Below, piece by piece: positions 44,386 to 59,876 of a stretch of DNA of 64,000 nucleotides (position 1 is its first letter; each line of letters begins with the position of its first letter). The notes beneath the pieces are model-generated. The model was not told where the DNA came from and did not search any database. It worked only from the letters and a program-made list of their open reading frames with translations. Origin of the DNA: Eledone cirrhosa (Eukaryota). The stretch is from positions 27,590,001 to 27,654,000 of the forward strand of contig OZ024753.1 of the NCBI GenBank assembly GCA_964016885.1, given 5' to 3'. A program made the position numbers and the translations under genes.

Positions 44386-44870
44386 TAGTCTTGTCGGCTT
44401 ATCTCCCCTGTTTGCTGAGATCAAAGTGAGTGAATTTGTCTCTACTTTAAAACAATAGCTTGCGGTCTTCAAAATGCTTTTAATTAAGCATAAAGTGTAT
44501 TGCAAAATACATTATATATACATCCATATATATATTGCTATTTCAGAGCTCCAATTCTAATTTTTAATTTCTGCCTGACCAACAACCGCTCTGCATAATC
44601 AGCTCCTGATTATTTATTAGATTTCTATAAGAATATAACAACAATGATCTCAGTAGACAGGTGGGGTAGTTGGCCTTGAAAAGCTTCAACCAAAGCGAAA
44701 CAAGTCTTCTCGGCTTATCTCCCCTGTTTGCTGAGATCAAAGTGAGTGAATTTGTCACTACTTTAAAACAATAGCTTACGGTCTTCAAAATGCTTTTAAT
44801 TAAGCATAAAGTGTATTGCAAAATACATTATATATACATCCATATATATATTGCTATTTCAGAGCTCCAA

Positions 44871-44878
<8 letters not shown>
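44386..44878 (+). mobile_element. ORF-less HHR tandem element (family M), about 318-bp unit x 1.5
   Basis: 44387-44561 repeats at 44704-44878. Confidence 0.75.
44672..44715 (+). ncRNA. Compact type I hammerhead variant with UUGAAAA core (U3-A8) (family M)
   Basis: GGCC-UUGAAAA-GCUU-CAACCA-AAGC-GAAACAA-GUC-UU(C/G)UC^GGCU; the partial copy at 44387 keeps UUGUC, which restores stem III. Confidence 0.65.
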
Positions 44879-44914
<36 letters not shown>

Positions 44915-44928
44915 ATTATATATATATA

Positions 44929-44970
<42 letters not shown>

Positions 44971-44971
44971 C

Positions 44972-45662
44972 ACAAGGTTTAGTAAATAATGAAAAACTAT
45001 AGTAGGTAAAGTCAATTTTTAAAAATTTATTTTGAAACTTTTTCATTATTTACTAAACCTTGTTTATATTTGTTCTGGCTCGTTAATTTATTAACCCGCC
45101 ATTGAACCACATTGGCACTTTGTTGGACAATACATGCGTACCTTGGCGCCTTGTGCGTGAAGGGACGTATTTCATATTACTACTACCTCCACTAACGTTG
45201 AGAACAAACCGGGTCATTCCGACTGCTGCTGGCAACAGCGGTGGCTAGTTTGACCTACCTCCTTTTGCCTCTATCTTTGCTACGGCCCTTGATAAACCTG
45301 TTCTACATCATCCACTCTCATCCCAGGAACAGTTTTTGATAGCGCTAGTTTGTGATTTAAATTCAGGAATTTTATATTCTTTGAATGAAAAGAACCTTCT
45401 GACGAGAATCTCTCTTTGCAACGAAGGCCGTATGGTCTCCGTTTTATTTTTGGGATTCGAAACCGATCGGTAAAGGTAACTATAGTAGGTAAAGTCAATT
45501 TTTTAAAATTTATTTTGAAACTTTTTCATTATTTACTAAACCTTGTTTATATTTGTTCTGGCTCGTTAATTTATTAACCCGCCATTGAACCACATGGGCA
45601 CTTGGTTGGACAATACATGCGTACCTTGGCGCCTTGTGCGTGAAGGGACGTATTTCATATAT
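44972..45662 (+). mobile_element. Second insertion of retrozyme-like family E (483-bp unit x about 1.4) with a 25-bp 5' inversion
   Basis: Similar to 8653-9320; 44972-44996 is the reverse complement of about 45039-45063. Confidence 0.82.
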
Positions 45663-45712
45663 TATATATATATATATATATTATATATATATATATATAT
45701 TATATATATATA

Positions 45713-45747
<35 letters not shown>

Positions 45748-45861
45748 CTATATATATATATATATTATATATATATATATATTATATATATATATATATT
45801 ATATATATATATTATATATATATTATATATATATATATATATTCTATATATATATATATAT

Positions 45862-46761
45862 AATAAAGAATTCATATCTAGTAACATATATATACATACA
45901 GATGCATATCAATGCTAGCAAATATATAGGTTTTGTCTTAATAACAGTGTGGTTCAATGCATGGGGTTGCAGAACAATAATATAAGAGACAGTGATTTTC
46001 TCAATGGCTTGGAATTCAGTACACGCTTCGCTATTTCCTATCCACTGAATTATTTTTTAATAAGTTTCCAGTGTCCTCACTTTGCCTGGAAACTTACATG
46101 AGAATAGACTTTCCTGACGACGGAATGCTTCTCTATATTATTCTTCGGAAAATATATTTACTCCATTCCAGAAACTAATTAGTTGGAAGTGATATTTTAG
46201 TAAGTAAGTTAATTTTATAATTTTCTTATTTTACGTCTCTTATATTATTGTTCTGCAACCCCATGCATTGAACCACACTGTTATTAAGACAAAACCTATA
46301 TATTTGCTAGCATTGATATGCATCTGTATGTATATATATGTTACTAGATATGAATTCTTTATTATTATCTCCAAATTATTTGTCGAGCAATATTGGCCAT
46401 GACTGCTGCTACGGTTGTAGGCAGGCCGCTGTCTTATTAGCAAACCACTTTCCACTGATTGACCGCGATGTCACGTGTTCGATTCTTTTTGAATTTGTCA
46501 CAGACGTAGAGGCAGTGATTTTCTCAATGGCTTGGAATTCAGTCCACGCTTCGCTATTTCCTATCCACTGAATTATTTTTTAATAAGTTTCCAGTGTCCT
46601 CGCTTTGCCTGGAAACTTACATGAGAATAGACTTTACTGACGACGGAATGCTTCTCTATATTATTCTTCGGAAAATATATTTACTCCATTCCAGAAACTA
46701 ATTAGTTGGAAGTGATATTTTAGTAAGTAAGTTAATTTTATAATTTTCTTATTTTACGTCT

Positions 46762-46765
<4 letters not shown>
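45862..46765 (+). mobile_element. ORF-less HHR tandem element (retrozyme-like, family N), 523-bp unit x about 1.5 plus 5' inversion; homologue of family H
   Basis: 45990-46240 repeats at 46513-46765; 45862-45989 is the reverse complement of about 46236-46365. Confidence 0.85.
46108..46190 (+). ncRNA. Type I hammerhead ribozyme (family N); copy at 46631-46713
   Basis: ACUUUC-CUGACGA-C-GGAAUG...CAUUCC-A-GAAACUAAUUAGUU^GGAAGU. Confidence 0.88.
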
Positions 46766-46833
<68 letters not shown>

Positions 46834-46901
46834 ATATATTATATATATATATATTATATATATATATATATTATATATATCTCTATATTATATATATATA
46901 T

Positions 46902-48589
46902 ATGCCACAACACTACATCAAGAAATGGCAACCATCAACCACATAGACATCACGGAGGAGGATGTGGTGTACGCCATTGATGAAATTAGAACAGACTCGG
47001 CTGCTGGACCTGATGGATTCCCAGCAGTTCTCTTAAAAATATGTAAGTGGGCCTTAGTAACTCCACTGAAGATGCTCTTCAGAAGCTCGTTGGCTGGCCG
47101 TGTACTACCCAGGGAGCTGAAAGAAGGCACAATATGCCCTATCAATAAAGGAGGTATCAGAGCGGAGACCAAAAACTATAGGCCAGTCTCCCTGACGTCG
47201 CATATCAGTAAGGTCATGGAGCGTGTCGTCAGAAAGAAACTGATCACTTTCCTCGAGGAAAATAACCGCCTGACTAGCACGCAATATGGCTTCCGCCCAG
47301 GAAGAAGCTGCCTTACACAGTTGCTACTTCACTACGATTGGGTACTGATACAACTACTAGACAGCTCACCTGTGGACGTGATATATCTTGACTTTGCGAA
47401 GGCCTTTGACAAGGTCGACCACGGAATGATATGTCACAAACTACACGGACCGGCATAATTGGAAAAGTAGGTGAGTGGCTGCATGGCTTCCTAAGGGACA
47501 GAAGCCAGGCAGTCGCAGCAAATGGGGCACTCTCGAGGGAAACACCAATAGCAAGTGGAGTGCCCCAGGAGACAGTCCTGGGACCGCTACTCTTTTTGGT
47601 GTCTCTCTCAGACATGCCCTCCGTAGTGCATACAACAACATCCCTCACTAGCTATGCTGATGACACTAAGGTAGCACAGGCAATCAAAAACCCGGCTGAC
47701 GCTGCCCTTTTACAGCAAGATCTGGATGCCATATACAAATGGGCGGAAGAAAACAACATGCAGTTTAATGCTGGCAAATTCCAAGCCCTACAATACAAAC
47801 CTGCAAACACAAATATAGTGGAACACAACTACACAGGACCAGGAGGGACCGATATCCCCGTGTCAAAATCGATACGAGACCTGGGCATGGACATGAGCGA
47901 TGATGCATCTTTTTCTTCACTCATCATGAAAGTGGCGACAATATGCAGACGACACGCTGGCTGGATCTTGAGGACTTTCCGGACAAGAGATCGAGACACC
48001 ATGTTGACACTATGGAGGACATTTGTCCTAAGCCGCCTGGACTACTGCTCCCAGTTGTGGTCACCCCATAGTGTCAAACTAACCATGGAGCTTGAGGCAA
48101 TCCAGCGAAGCTACACCAAGAGGATTGCCAAGAAGAGGGAGACAAGCTACTGGGAGAGGCTAAAGGATCTGAACCTCTACTCCTTGGAGCGAAGAAGGGA
48201 GAGATACGCAGTGATCTGCATGTGGAAAATCCTGGAGGGACTAGCACCAAACTTTGGCATTGGGAGCTGGACCAACCGTCGAACAGGACGTCACTGTGTG
48301 GTGCCAAAGGTCCCGTCTTCCACATCCAGAATAAGGAGCAGGTATTGCAATAGCCTGGTATTCAAGGACCCTCAACTCTTCAACAGGCTGCTGATGAATC
48401 TGAGAGACTTGCATGACGTGGAGGTGGATGTCTTCAAGAAACATCTCGACACCTTGTTATCCAGGATCCCGGATGAGCCCACAGCAAGACACGAGGGAAA
48501 CCTAAGGGCAGCAGCAACAAACTCCCTCTTACACCAGTGGCCAACCTATACAGGCTGGAGATAAAATGTGTAGCAACAAGGGCGGTGCC
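46902..48589 (+). mobile_element. 5'-truncated APE-RT LINE (RT frameshifted near 47450); same family as 61263-63560
   Basis: NYRPVSLTS, QYGFR, YLDFAKAFDKV, GVPQETVLGPLLF, YADD, IPDEP..AAATNSLL. Confidence 0.92.
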
Positions 48590-48612
48590 TTTATATATAT
48601 ATAAGGACGGTG

Positions 48613-48701
<89 letters not shown>

Positions 48702-48762
48702 TATATATATATTATATATATATATTATATATATATATTATATATATAACTAGTTCGCCCGC

Positions 48763-49963
48763 AGAAAACTTATAATGAAACAATTGTTTGGAAAGAGAGA
48801 TATATTTTAACTTTAATTATATCTCATAAAATAATACAACTGGCTTTTCCACATAATACATATTGTTAGCACCCCAAACACTTAAATTGAGTTTATATTA
48901 AATTATAACCTAATGTTTGTTGAGTGAGATGGTTACCAGTCAGAGATTAGCTTTAAACTATCTCTGTTATTGTATTAATAATTTACTCTTGATTGGCCAG
49001 AGGTGTTTATTTCCAGGTACCTTATAAATGTGACTTCCGTATTTATTACTGTCGTGCGATATTGTGGTTTTTATTGGTTGTAACTTCTCTGTTTTTTAGC
49101 CTAAGAAAATATATATATGCCTATGTATATAATTACATGCATACATTTATTTTCTAAATTAATTGAGTTCTTTACACGAGGATTTGATATTAGTTTTGAA
49201 ATAGCTAATTAACCCGCGTGTGTTTTATATTTTACTCTTAATTCGGCCGGAGATCTACATTCCCATTTGCCCTTTAAAGCATAACTTTCCGTATTTACTA
49301 CGGTAACGAGATGCGGTTTCTTATTCAGGTACAACCTCTGATTTTTGCCTGAGAAAATTTATACACGCATATATTTATTTTTTTAATTTCAATTGAGTTC
49401 TTAACACGTTGGATTGATAATGTTTTCGAAAAAACTGATTAACCCGCCTGTATATTATTTGTTTTCCTCCTTTCGTGGATCGTAGTTGTCTCCCCTTCCC
49501 GCTTAGTGACGCTATAATACTTCCTCAGTCAAAAACTGCTGGAATTTCAAATTTGCCGGTCATTCGATGCGGGAAGGAGCAACTTAACAGACATGATTTT
49601 TAACTGCGGTAAGAATTTTTTTCTTATATCAAAGCAAAGTTTAATGGGCTTCCACTGATGATTTATAAGCGCCCACCTAAATATATTCTTACATGAATGT
49701 ATATTAGGCCTCTACATAAACTGGAAATATTCTCCAAATTTGTAGAAAACTTATAATGAAACAATTGTTTGGAAAGAGAGATATATTTTAACTTTAATTA
49801 TATCTCATAAAATAATACAACTGGCTTTTCCACATAATACATATTGTTAGCACCCCAAACACTTAAATTGGGTTTATATTAAATTATAACCTAATGTTTG
49901 TTGAGTGAGATGGTTACCAGTCAGAGATTAGCTAAATTAAACTATCTCTGTTATTGTATTAAT
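48763..49963 (+). mobile_element. ORF-less HHR tandem element (family O), 981-bp unit x about 1.2, with an internal imperfect duplication of about 240 bp
   Basis: 48763-48980 repeats at 49744-49963; about 48982-49220 resembles 49232-49450. Confidence 0.8.
49650..49774 (+). ncRNA. Type I hammerhead ribozyme with large stem II insertion (family O)
   Basis: UUCCA-CUGAUGA-U-UUAUAAG...CUUAUAA-U-GAAACAAUUGUU^UGGAA. Confidence 0.88.
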
Positions 49964-50168
49964 ATTATATATATATATATATATTATATATATATATATT
50001 ATATATATATATATTATATATATATATATTATATATATATATATTATATATATATATATTATATATATATATATTATATATATATATATTATATATATAT
50101 ATATTATATATATATTATATATATATATATTATATATATATATATGTATATTATATATATATATATTA

Positions 50169-50235
<67 letters not shown>

Positions 50236-50237
50236 TG

Positions 50238-50288
50238 AGATTCTACAGGACTAGAACTGTTTCATTCTTTAGAAATCATCAGGAATCT
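50238..50288 (-). ncRNA. Type I hammerhead ribozyme with full stem III (family P)
   Basis: AGAUUC-CUGAUGA-U-UUC-UAAA-GAA-U-GAAACAG-UUCUAGUC-CUGUA^GAAUCU. Confidence 0.88.
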
Positions 50289-50771
50289 GGGTATCAAAAA
50301 ATAAGTATGGTATTTATAGGTCTCTACAAGTGGTAGGAGAAGGTGGGGAGTGGGATGGGTGTAGTTCATTGGTTGATAGAAAAGGGAATTCATTAAAAGC
50401 TAATTCTACAAAGCTATAGTTTATTTTTGTTTTTAGAGTAACAAAGGCAGAAAGAATTCTATAAACAGGTTCAGGATGGGGTGCCACTCCTTATTAAGTT
50501 TCTCTTTAGCTAACAGGTGTCTATAATATCAGTGGGGGTCAGTCATGGTAGATAGATTTAAAGGAAGGGGAGATTCTTTAAGGTTCTACTAAGTGACAAA
50601 GGTTTAGAGAATTCTGTAGACAAATTCAAAATATTGAGTGCATATCATACAATTATCTTCAAATTTCTCTTAAACTATTCAACTATATGCCAAAAATCAA
50701 CAGACACATTCACAAACACACTCACTCACACACTCGCGCGCACCCATAAACACATACACATGCACATATAT

Positions 50772-50816
<45 letters not shown>

Positions 50817-50831
50817 TATATATATATACAC

Positions 50832-50872
<41 letters not shown>

Positions 50873-50874
50873 CA

Positions 50875-50928
<54 letters not shown>

Positions 50929-51004
50929 TACACACACATACACATATATATATACACATACATATATATATATACACATACACACATATATATACATACA
51001 CACA

Positions 51005-51054
<50 letters not shown>

Positions 51055-51330
51055 TACATATACATACATATACACACACATACATGTGTACACATACACA
51101 TACACATACATACATATACATATACACACATACACAAATATATACACATACAAATAAATAAGTACTCAATAAATATACGCATATACACAGGCACATAAAA
51201 ACAGCTCTACAGGCAGAAAATGCAGATAGGTAAGAGGTACTCACATAACCATAGTGGCCGTATTTCTGATTGAGGAGGGGTGGGGCTAGGGTGGGAAGGA
51301 GGTATAGGGGCCAATAGGAGGAGGTCGTTT

Positions 51331-52494
51331 TTAGCCATCGGGCTTTAACACTGGCTTAAAGTATTTGAAAGTTGCAATGTTCTTGTGCATGCAGTTCGGG
51401 CAGTGTTCAGAGAGTTTGTTCAGTAGCGGGCCCTTGGCGAATAAGATTTCGTAGCTCTCTGACATACAAAGGTCGCAGCCCTTGTGTCCTCCATTGTAAG
51501 AGCGCGCTTTCTGGAGTATTTTCCATTTAAGCGTGAAGGGGGTGGAGTTCCTTTTGAGGTCCCAAACATAGGAGGCGAGTATTGTCTGGTTTGATTTGTC
51601 CGGTCTTCTGAAGGAGTGGGTATGGGTATACCAACGGATCTTAAAGATGTTGGAGGTCATGCCGATGTAAGTTTTTTTGCAATCATCAGTGCCTGAGATG
51701 ACATCACATTTGTATACGATATCATTTGTGAGGCATTTGTTTTCAAGTGGGCATGCTTCCTTATTTAGGCAATTACACAGAGCCCCAGTCCGGTGATTGG
51801 GTTCGGAGGTGGTTGGCTTATTTAATTTTTTAGAATTGTGGTTGGCTATATTCCTAGCTAGGTTAGGTGTGGTGGAGTAGGAGAGTCTTATTGTGTTCTT
51901 ATTAAAGATGGTGTAATACCTATGTTGTATGGGGAAGTGTAATTTCAGCAAAGTGAAGAAAATCCTAACTATCGGTGTAGAGACCTCTCTATTGAAGGGA
52001 GGGTTGTACCAGCTAATCTGCCTATGTCTATTCCTCCTCTGCAATCTTGCGGTGTTTTCTAGGTATGTTATCTTTTCTTTAAATCCGCTGCGGGCAAGGG
52101 CGTCATTGTAATAAGAGGCAGATGCGTTAAAAATATCTTTGTTGGCGGAGAGGCCAGATATTCTAATAGAATATTTTACTAGGTTATCGCTGATGTTTTG
52201 GGGGTGGTTTGAATTAACATTAATATATCTAAGGGACTCGTTAGGTTTGTGGTACGGGTAATAGAGGGAAGTATCTAGGTCGAGAGTGACATCTAAGAAG
52301 TTGGCCCTAGTCAAATTAGATTCTATAGTTATACTAAATCCTAGATTAGAGAAGAATGAGCTTAAGTTTTTCCGAAACCCATCGGTGGTTCTGGGGTTAA
52401 CATTATGCAGGGTGAAGAGGCCGTCGTCTCGGTATAAACCTCCGGTTAGGCCGGTAAAGAGGTTCTTCAGGTGATGTAGGATGTACAAGCCCAC
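51331..52494 (-). CDS. PLE RT C-terminal half + GIY-YIG (uninterrupted but 5'-truncated)
   Basis: [65 protein letters not shown]. Confidence 0.92.
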   Translation of the reverse strand: MGLYILHHLKNLFTGLTGGLYRDDGLFTLHNVNPRTTDGFRKNLSSFFSNLGFSITIESNLTRANFLDVTLDLDTSLYYPYHKPNESLRYINVNSNHPQNISDNLVKYSIRISGLSANKDIFNASASYYNDALARSGFKEKITYLENTARLQRRNRHRQISWYNPPFNREVSTPIVRIFFTLLKLHFPIQHRYYTIFNKNTIRLSYSTTPNLARNIANHNSKKLNKPTTSEPNHRTGALCNCLNKEACPLENKCLTNDIVYKCDVISGTDDCKKTYIGMTSNIFKIRWYTHTHSFRRPDKSNQTILASYVWDLKRNSTPFTLKWKILQKARSYNGGHKGCDLCMSESYEILFAKGPLLNKLSEHCPNCMHKNIATFKYFKPVLKPDG

Positions 52495-52569
52495 AAGGTC
52501 GCTAATTTCAGCGTGTCTATTTGCAATCTCTCTAGCTATGAAGGTTAGATGTACAGGTTTCAGTCTCGC

Positions 52570-52667
52570 ATTTTGCTGACTGATGATCCATGGGGACTGT
52601 TATACTACACATATAGGTGGTGACACATATAAGTGGTGAAACGAAACTAGGTTCGTATCAGCGAAAT
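52570..52667 (+). ncRNA. Type I hammerhead ribozyme with full stem III (family Q), within segment 52513-52953
   Basis: AUUUUGCUGA-CUGAUGA-U-CCA...UGG-U-GAAACGAA-ACUAGG-UUCGUA^UCAGCGAAAU; 10-bp stem I. Confidence 0.9.
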
Positions 52668-52952
52668 ATAGTTATAAGGTTTGTGATTTAAAATTCCAAT
52701 CCAGAGATTTGATTCTGATCTGGTTTTTTTCTTTTTAATTGCTTACCTGTAGATATTGTTCCATATACAGTAACGGTAAAATCACTTGTAATAATTCTTT
52801 ACACACTTCTCACTGTGTAACACATTTCTCTTTGTGTAATATATACTTGCATTTGAGCTCGGAAGGAAATTCTCTATTCTTCTTTGAGCTAATAATATTA
52901 TTATTATTATTATTATTACAGTGAACTGCGGAATACTTTTAATTCCGATTTT

Positions 52953-53042
<90 letters not shown>

Positions 53043-53049
53043 ATATATA

Positions 53050-55800
53050 CGCGACTGTATATATATATATATATATACACGCACACATATACATCCATTC
53101 ATACAATACATATATACACACATACACACAAACATATTCACGTACATTGACCCGCTTACACGCACACACATACAAATAAGAATGTAAAAAACATAGATAT
53201 ATAAACACAGATATAAAAACACACATACATACACATATATATACACGCACGCACACACGCGTATACGGAGGCGTTCGTGTACATATACAGAACGTATACA
53301 CACATAAAAACGCTCAGACACATAGATACAGGGTGTTAAGCAGCCTTATGAATAAATGAGTACAAATATAAAAATATAAAATTAGCTGCGAAATAACAGA
53401 AAATATCTGAAGTGGAAAACGCAAGTGACTGTATAATCAGGTAGTAAAGAAAATAGGCAAGTAAAAAGTGGAAAGTGAAGATATTAGGTAAGTGAATCGA
53501 AGGGTAAAGGGGGAGGGGGTTACTGGTGGATGTGAAGTAAAAATAAAAATAAAAATAAAAATAAAAATAAAAATAAAAATAAAAATAAAAATAAAAATAA
53601 AAATAAAAATAAAAATAAAAATAAAAATAAAAATAAAAATAAAAATAAAAATAAAAATAAAAATAAAAATAAAAATAAAAATAAAAATAAAAATAAAAAT
53701 AAAAATAAAAATAAAAATAAAAATAAAAATAAAATAAAAAATAAAAATAAAAATAAAAATAGAAATAAAAATAAAAGTAAAATTAAAATTAATAATAAGG
53801 TTAAAAATGAAAGTAAATCAGAAAGAGAAGTCTTTAAAGAGAATAGATTAAGTGAAGAATAAGAGTTTATGGAGGATAAGTATCTGAAAGTGTGTTAAGT
53901 TTATATGAGCTGGAAAGCAAGTGTGATTTCATGTGTGGGCAACTGGTAAAAATTTCTGTCTTTGTATTTAGGCAGGTTTTTGGTGATTTAAGGTTTTGTA
54001 AAATTCAATATTTTTCATTTATGCAGAGTGTGCATTTTCTTGTTCCTCTTGCATATTCTTTAGATTGGTTCAAAATTGACCAATCCAATTTATATTGGAT
54101 ACCTTGGTCTTTCAAATCCCATATTCTGCTAGCCAGAGCTGTTGTGAATCTTTTTTCTGGATGTCGAAAGAATGCGACATGTGAGTAATAACGCGTTTTG
54201 AACTTGTTTTGTGTCATACCCACATATCGTTCACTGGTGGCTGGTTGGTTGTTGCTGATGGTTGTCACTTTAGCCGCATATACAATGGCTTTGGTGTTGC
54301 ATTTACCTTGTAATGAGCATTCACTTTTGACTCTACAGGAGCAATTTTGATGTTCTCTAGGTGATTTTTTGTTGATGATATAAGATTTAATAGGCGGATC
54401 GCAGGAGTAGCTAATTTTGACACAGTTTCTATTAAAGATCTAATAGTATCTATGTGTTCTAGAGAAATGTTTATCTAAGAGCTCTAGGAATGTTTTGCCT
54501 ACATTAGTTTTAACTGCTAGAGAGTAGGGGGTGTGAACCAGATTATTTTTATTTTCCTATTTTTATGTTTAAAAGAGTTATTTAATCGTTTCGCTAAATC
54601 CGCTATTTTGGAGGGCTTTATTATAGTAGGGGGATGCCTTATTGAAAATAGCTTCTGAGGAAGAGAGGGTGGAGATCCTACGGCTAATATTAGGGATAAG
54701 GTTTTTAAAAACTATAGGAGGATGGCAAGAGCCTTTATTTATATATTTTGAATTATCATTAGGTTTATGGTATGATTTATAAGAAGCAGTAGGCAAATCT
54801 AGGTTTATATCTAGGAAATTAACATTAGAAAGGTTAGTGTCAATAGTAATTTTAAGATTAAAACTAGCAAAGGTTTTTATTAAGTCTTTCCTTAATCTAT
54901 CTAAGTTATGGCCTATGGTGGTATGGGAAAGTATTAGACCATCGTCGCGATAAAGCCCAAAAATATGGTTAGGGAATTTTTCTTTAAGTGTGTGTAGGAG
55001 GAATAGGCCGACTAAATCACAAACATCAGCACTATCAAAAGAGCCCATTGAGACATCGAATGGGCTCTCTGGGTTAGATATTTTTACCCAAGTGTCGACA
55101 TCGAATGGGCTCTCTGGGTTAGATATTTTTACCCAAGTGTCATTATCAGTAAAGAGTAGAGTGTTTCTAGCGTGCAAGATGACATTCTCTTCAATATCAG
55201 AGATATTGGTAAACTTTCTAGCGAAATTTAAAGCTTTCGCTAAAAGAGTCTGAGTGATAGATGGGTAGACATCTACAATGTCAAATTATCTTTAATTTTA
55301 TTAATCCAATGTACTACGGAAGAGCTATTTATCCATTGGAGTAATTTAGACTTACTTCTAATGTGTGTGTTTATATTATTTAAAATTTTTTTGCTGGCAA
55401 GACCGATACCAGTCTTAGCAGGGTTGATTAATCTACAACTAGGACGATTAATAAAGTCAGGTTTGTGATCTTTAAGGGTGATATATGCATTACGTTTAGC
55501 AAGTTTTTCTGTCCTATTATCTATTTTCAAAGAAACAGCTAATTCTTTAGCTTCCTTATTTATATTATGATACGTGTTTATATTAGCTATTTGGTATTTA
55601 GAGGTGATATTATCTATTAATAGTTGGTCGTGTAAACTATTATTAACTTCGTATAGGTTTTTAGTAGAGACTTTCCAAATTTTTCACTATGTTTTATATT
55701 GCCTTGTCCGACGAACGAATGAGGACGTTTCTTTCGTATTCGTCTTATTCGGGAAACTTCTGGTAATGAGGTAATTATATTGTATTGTTTATTATACATT
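53050..55800 (-). mobile_element. Decayed Naiad-like PLE (PLE6), related to PLE5; ORF remnants at about 53880-55780
   Basis: [60 protein letters not shown]; multiple stops and frameshifts; 3' boundary uncertain. Confidence 0.85.
53538..53790. repeat. (TAAAAA)n hexamer array in the PLE6 3' region
   Basis: Direct inspection. Confidence 0.95.
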
Positions 55801-55889
55801 AAATTTTGCTCTGGTACTTACATAGAGCACTCTTCACTCCTATGACTTTTTCAATTCCAACGGAAACTTCAATACCTATATATATATAT

Positions 55890-58022
<2,133 letters not shown>

Positions 58023-58096
58023 ATATATATATATAATATATATATATAATATATATATATAATATATATATAATATATATAATTTATATATATAAA

Positions 58097-58155
<59 letters not shown>

Positions 58156-58255
58156 AGCTATATATAATATATATATAAATATAATATATATATAATATAT
58201 ATATATATATTATATATATATATATATTACATATATATATATATATATTATATAT

Positions 58256-58289
<34 letters not shown>

Positions 58290-58301
58290 ATATATATATA
58301 A

Positions 58302-59287
58302 TATAGGTGCACAGTTGAGACTGCTTCGAATACCAGCTCTTATATCGGGTCTACCTCTAACCCTTTTAAGGTACGCTATAACGCGCACTCTTTTTCCTTC
58401 CGAGACCCTAGCAATAGATGTTCGACATCGCTAGCTAGGCTCATTAAAAACCTTAAATTAAACAAAGTTCAACACTCACTAAAATGGGATATCGTAGCTA
58501 GGGCCCAACCGTTCAATGGACGAAGGAAATCTTGTGCTCTCTGTGTTACGGAAGAATATTATATAACTCTATCAAGACCTCTACCAATTAACGATAGAAC
58601 GGAGGTAACCATTAGCTGTCAACATCGAAGGGCTAATTCCTTCGCCAATAGAGTTTTTGACCCACCTTAGTCATGTAGCCCCATCTCTAATTGTAGCCAA
58701 TAAGTTAAATTGCTATGAACAACTCGATAATTATAAGTTAGCTCCCCTACATTGTCTCTCAATTAAATAATTTAAATACTAGCACATAACTATAAAATAC
58801 ACACAATCTCTAATCTCTTGAGAAGTTACTTCCCCTGAAACCACCCTCTAATTAGTAAGGTAAATATGCCCTTTGGCAGCCATCTTGTTACCCATAGGCA
58901 GATCTGACACAATGCAGCCTCGACAGATGAGTACTGCTTGATTATGGCTGACAGCTGATGAAACAAAGGCACCATAGTAAAAACTAATATATGGAACATT
59001 GTATTATGTAACATTATTTTAATTTATATTCCTTTGAGTTCCGATGAGCCACTCTGTTTTTTTAAATATGTTAATTATTTTCAACTGAACCAGATCAATT
59101 ATGATACATAGTCATCTGATCCAGAAATAGTATACGGAGTAGCGAAACAATTGTAAACGGGATTTATTATTAATATTATTATTATTATTATTCTCTACAT
59201 TTCTTACATCAAACTAAATATGTTGACAATCTTTTAATAATGTCTTCCTTGTGAAATTTGTGGTCTTGTTTTGCTTAACTAATGAAT
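58302..59287 (+). mobile_element. 3' fragment of a Naiad-like PLE: GIY-YIG tail (58302-58670, absent from the ORF track) plus pLTR
   Basis: YRCTVETASNTSSYIGSTSNPFKVRYNAH...LKWDIVARAQPF..CALCVTEE..INDRTE..CQH*. Confidence 0.85.
59038..59158 (+). ncRNA. Hammerhead variant with CCGAUGA core and long stem II (family R)
   Basis: GUU-CCGAUGA-GCCACUCUGU...ACGGAGUAGC-GAAACAAUUGUA^AAC. Confidence 0.7.
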
Positions 59288-59876
59288 ATATATATATAAT
59301 ATATATATATATAATATATATATATATATATAATATATATATAATATATATATATATATAATATATATATAATATATATATATATATATTATATATATAT
59401 TATATATATATATATATATTATATATATATATTATATATATATTATATATATATATATATATATAATATATATATAATATATATATATAAACAATTATAT
59501 ATATATATATAATTGTTTATATATATATATTATATATATATAATATATATATATTATATATATATAATATATATATATATAATATATATATATTATATAT
59601 ATATAATATATTATATATATATAATATATATATATAATATATATATATATATTATATTTATATAATATATATATATAAACAATTATATATATATATATAT
59701 TATATATATATATTATATATATAATATATATATGTATTATATATATATATATTATATATTAATATATATATTATATATATATATATAATATATATATTAT
59801 ATATATATAATATATATATATTATATATATATAATATATATATATTATATATATATATATATTATATATATATATA

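Larger units (their letters stand above)
50233..52512 (-). mobile_element. 5'-truncated Naiad-like PLE (PLE7)
   Basis: ORF 51331-52494 plus 3' region ending in an HHR next to (TA)n. Confidence 0.88.

Noticed and set aside
48748-48762. ACTAGTTCGCCCGC as a Helitron 3' tip on the minus strand
   Set aside because: Only about 15 bp; cannot be distinguished from chance or a short inverted filler.
53492-53737. Poly-KI ORF
   Set aside because: Translation of the (TAAAAA)n repeat.
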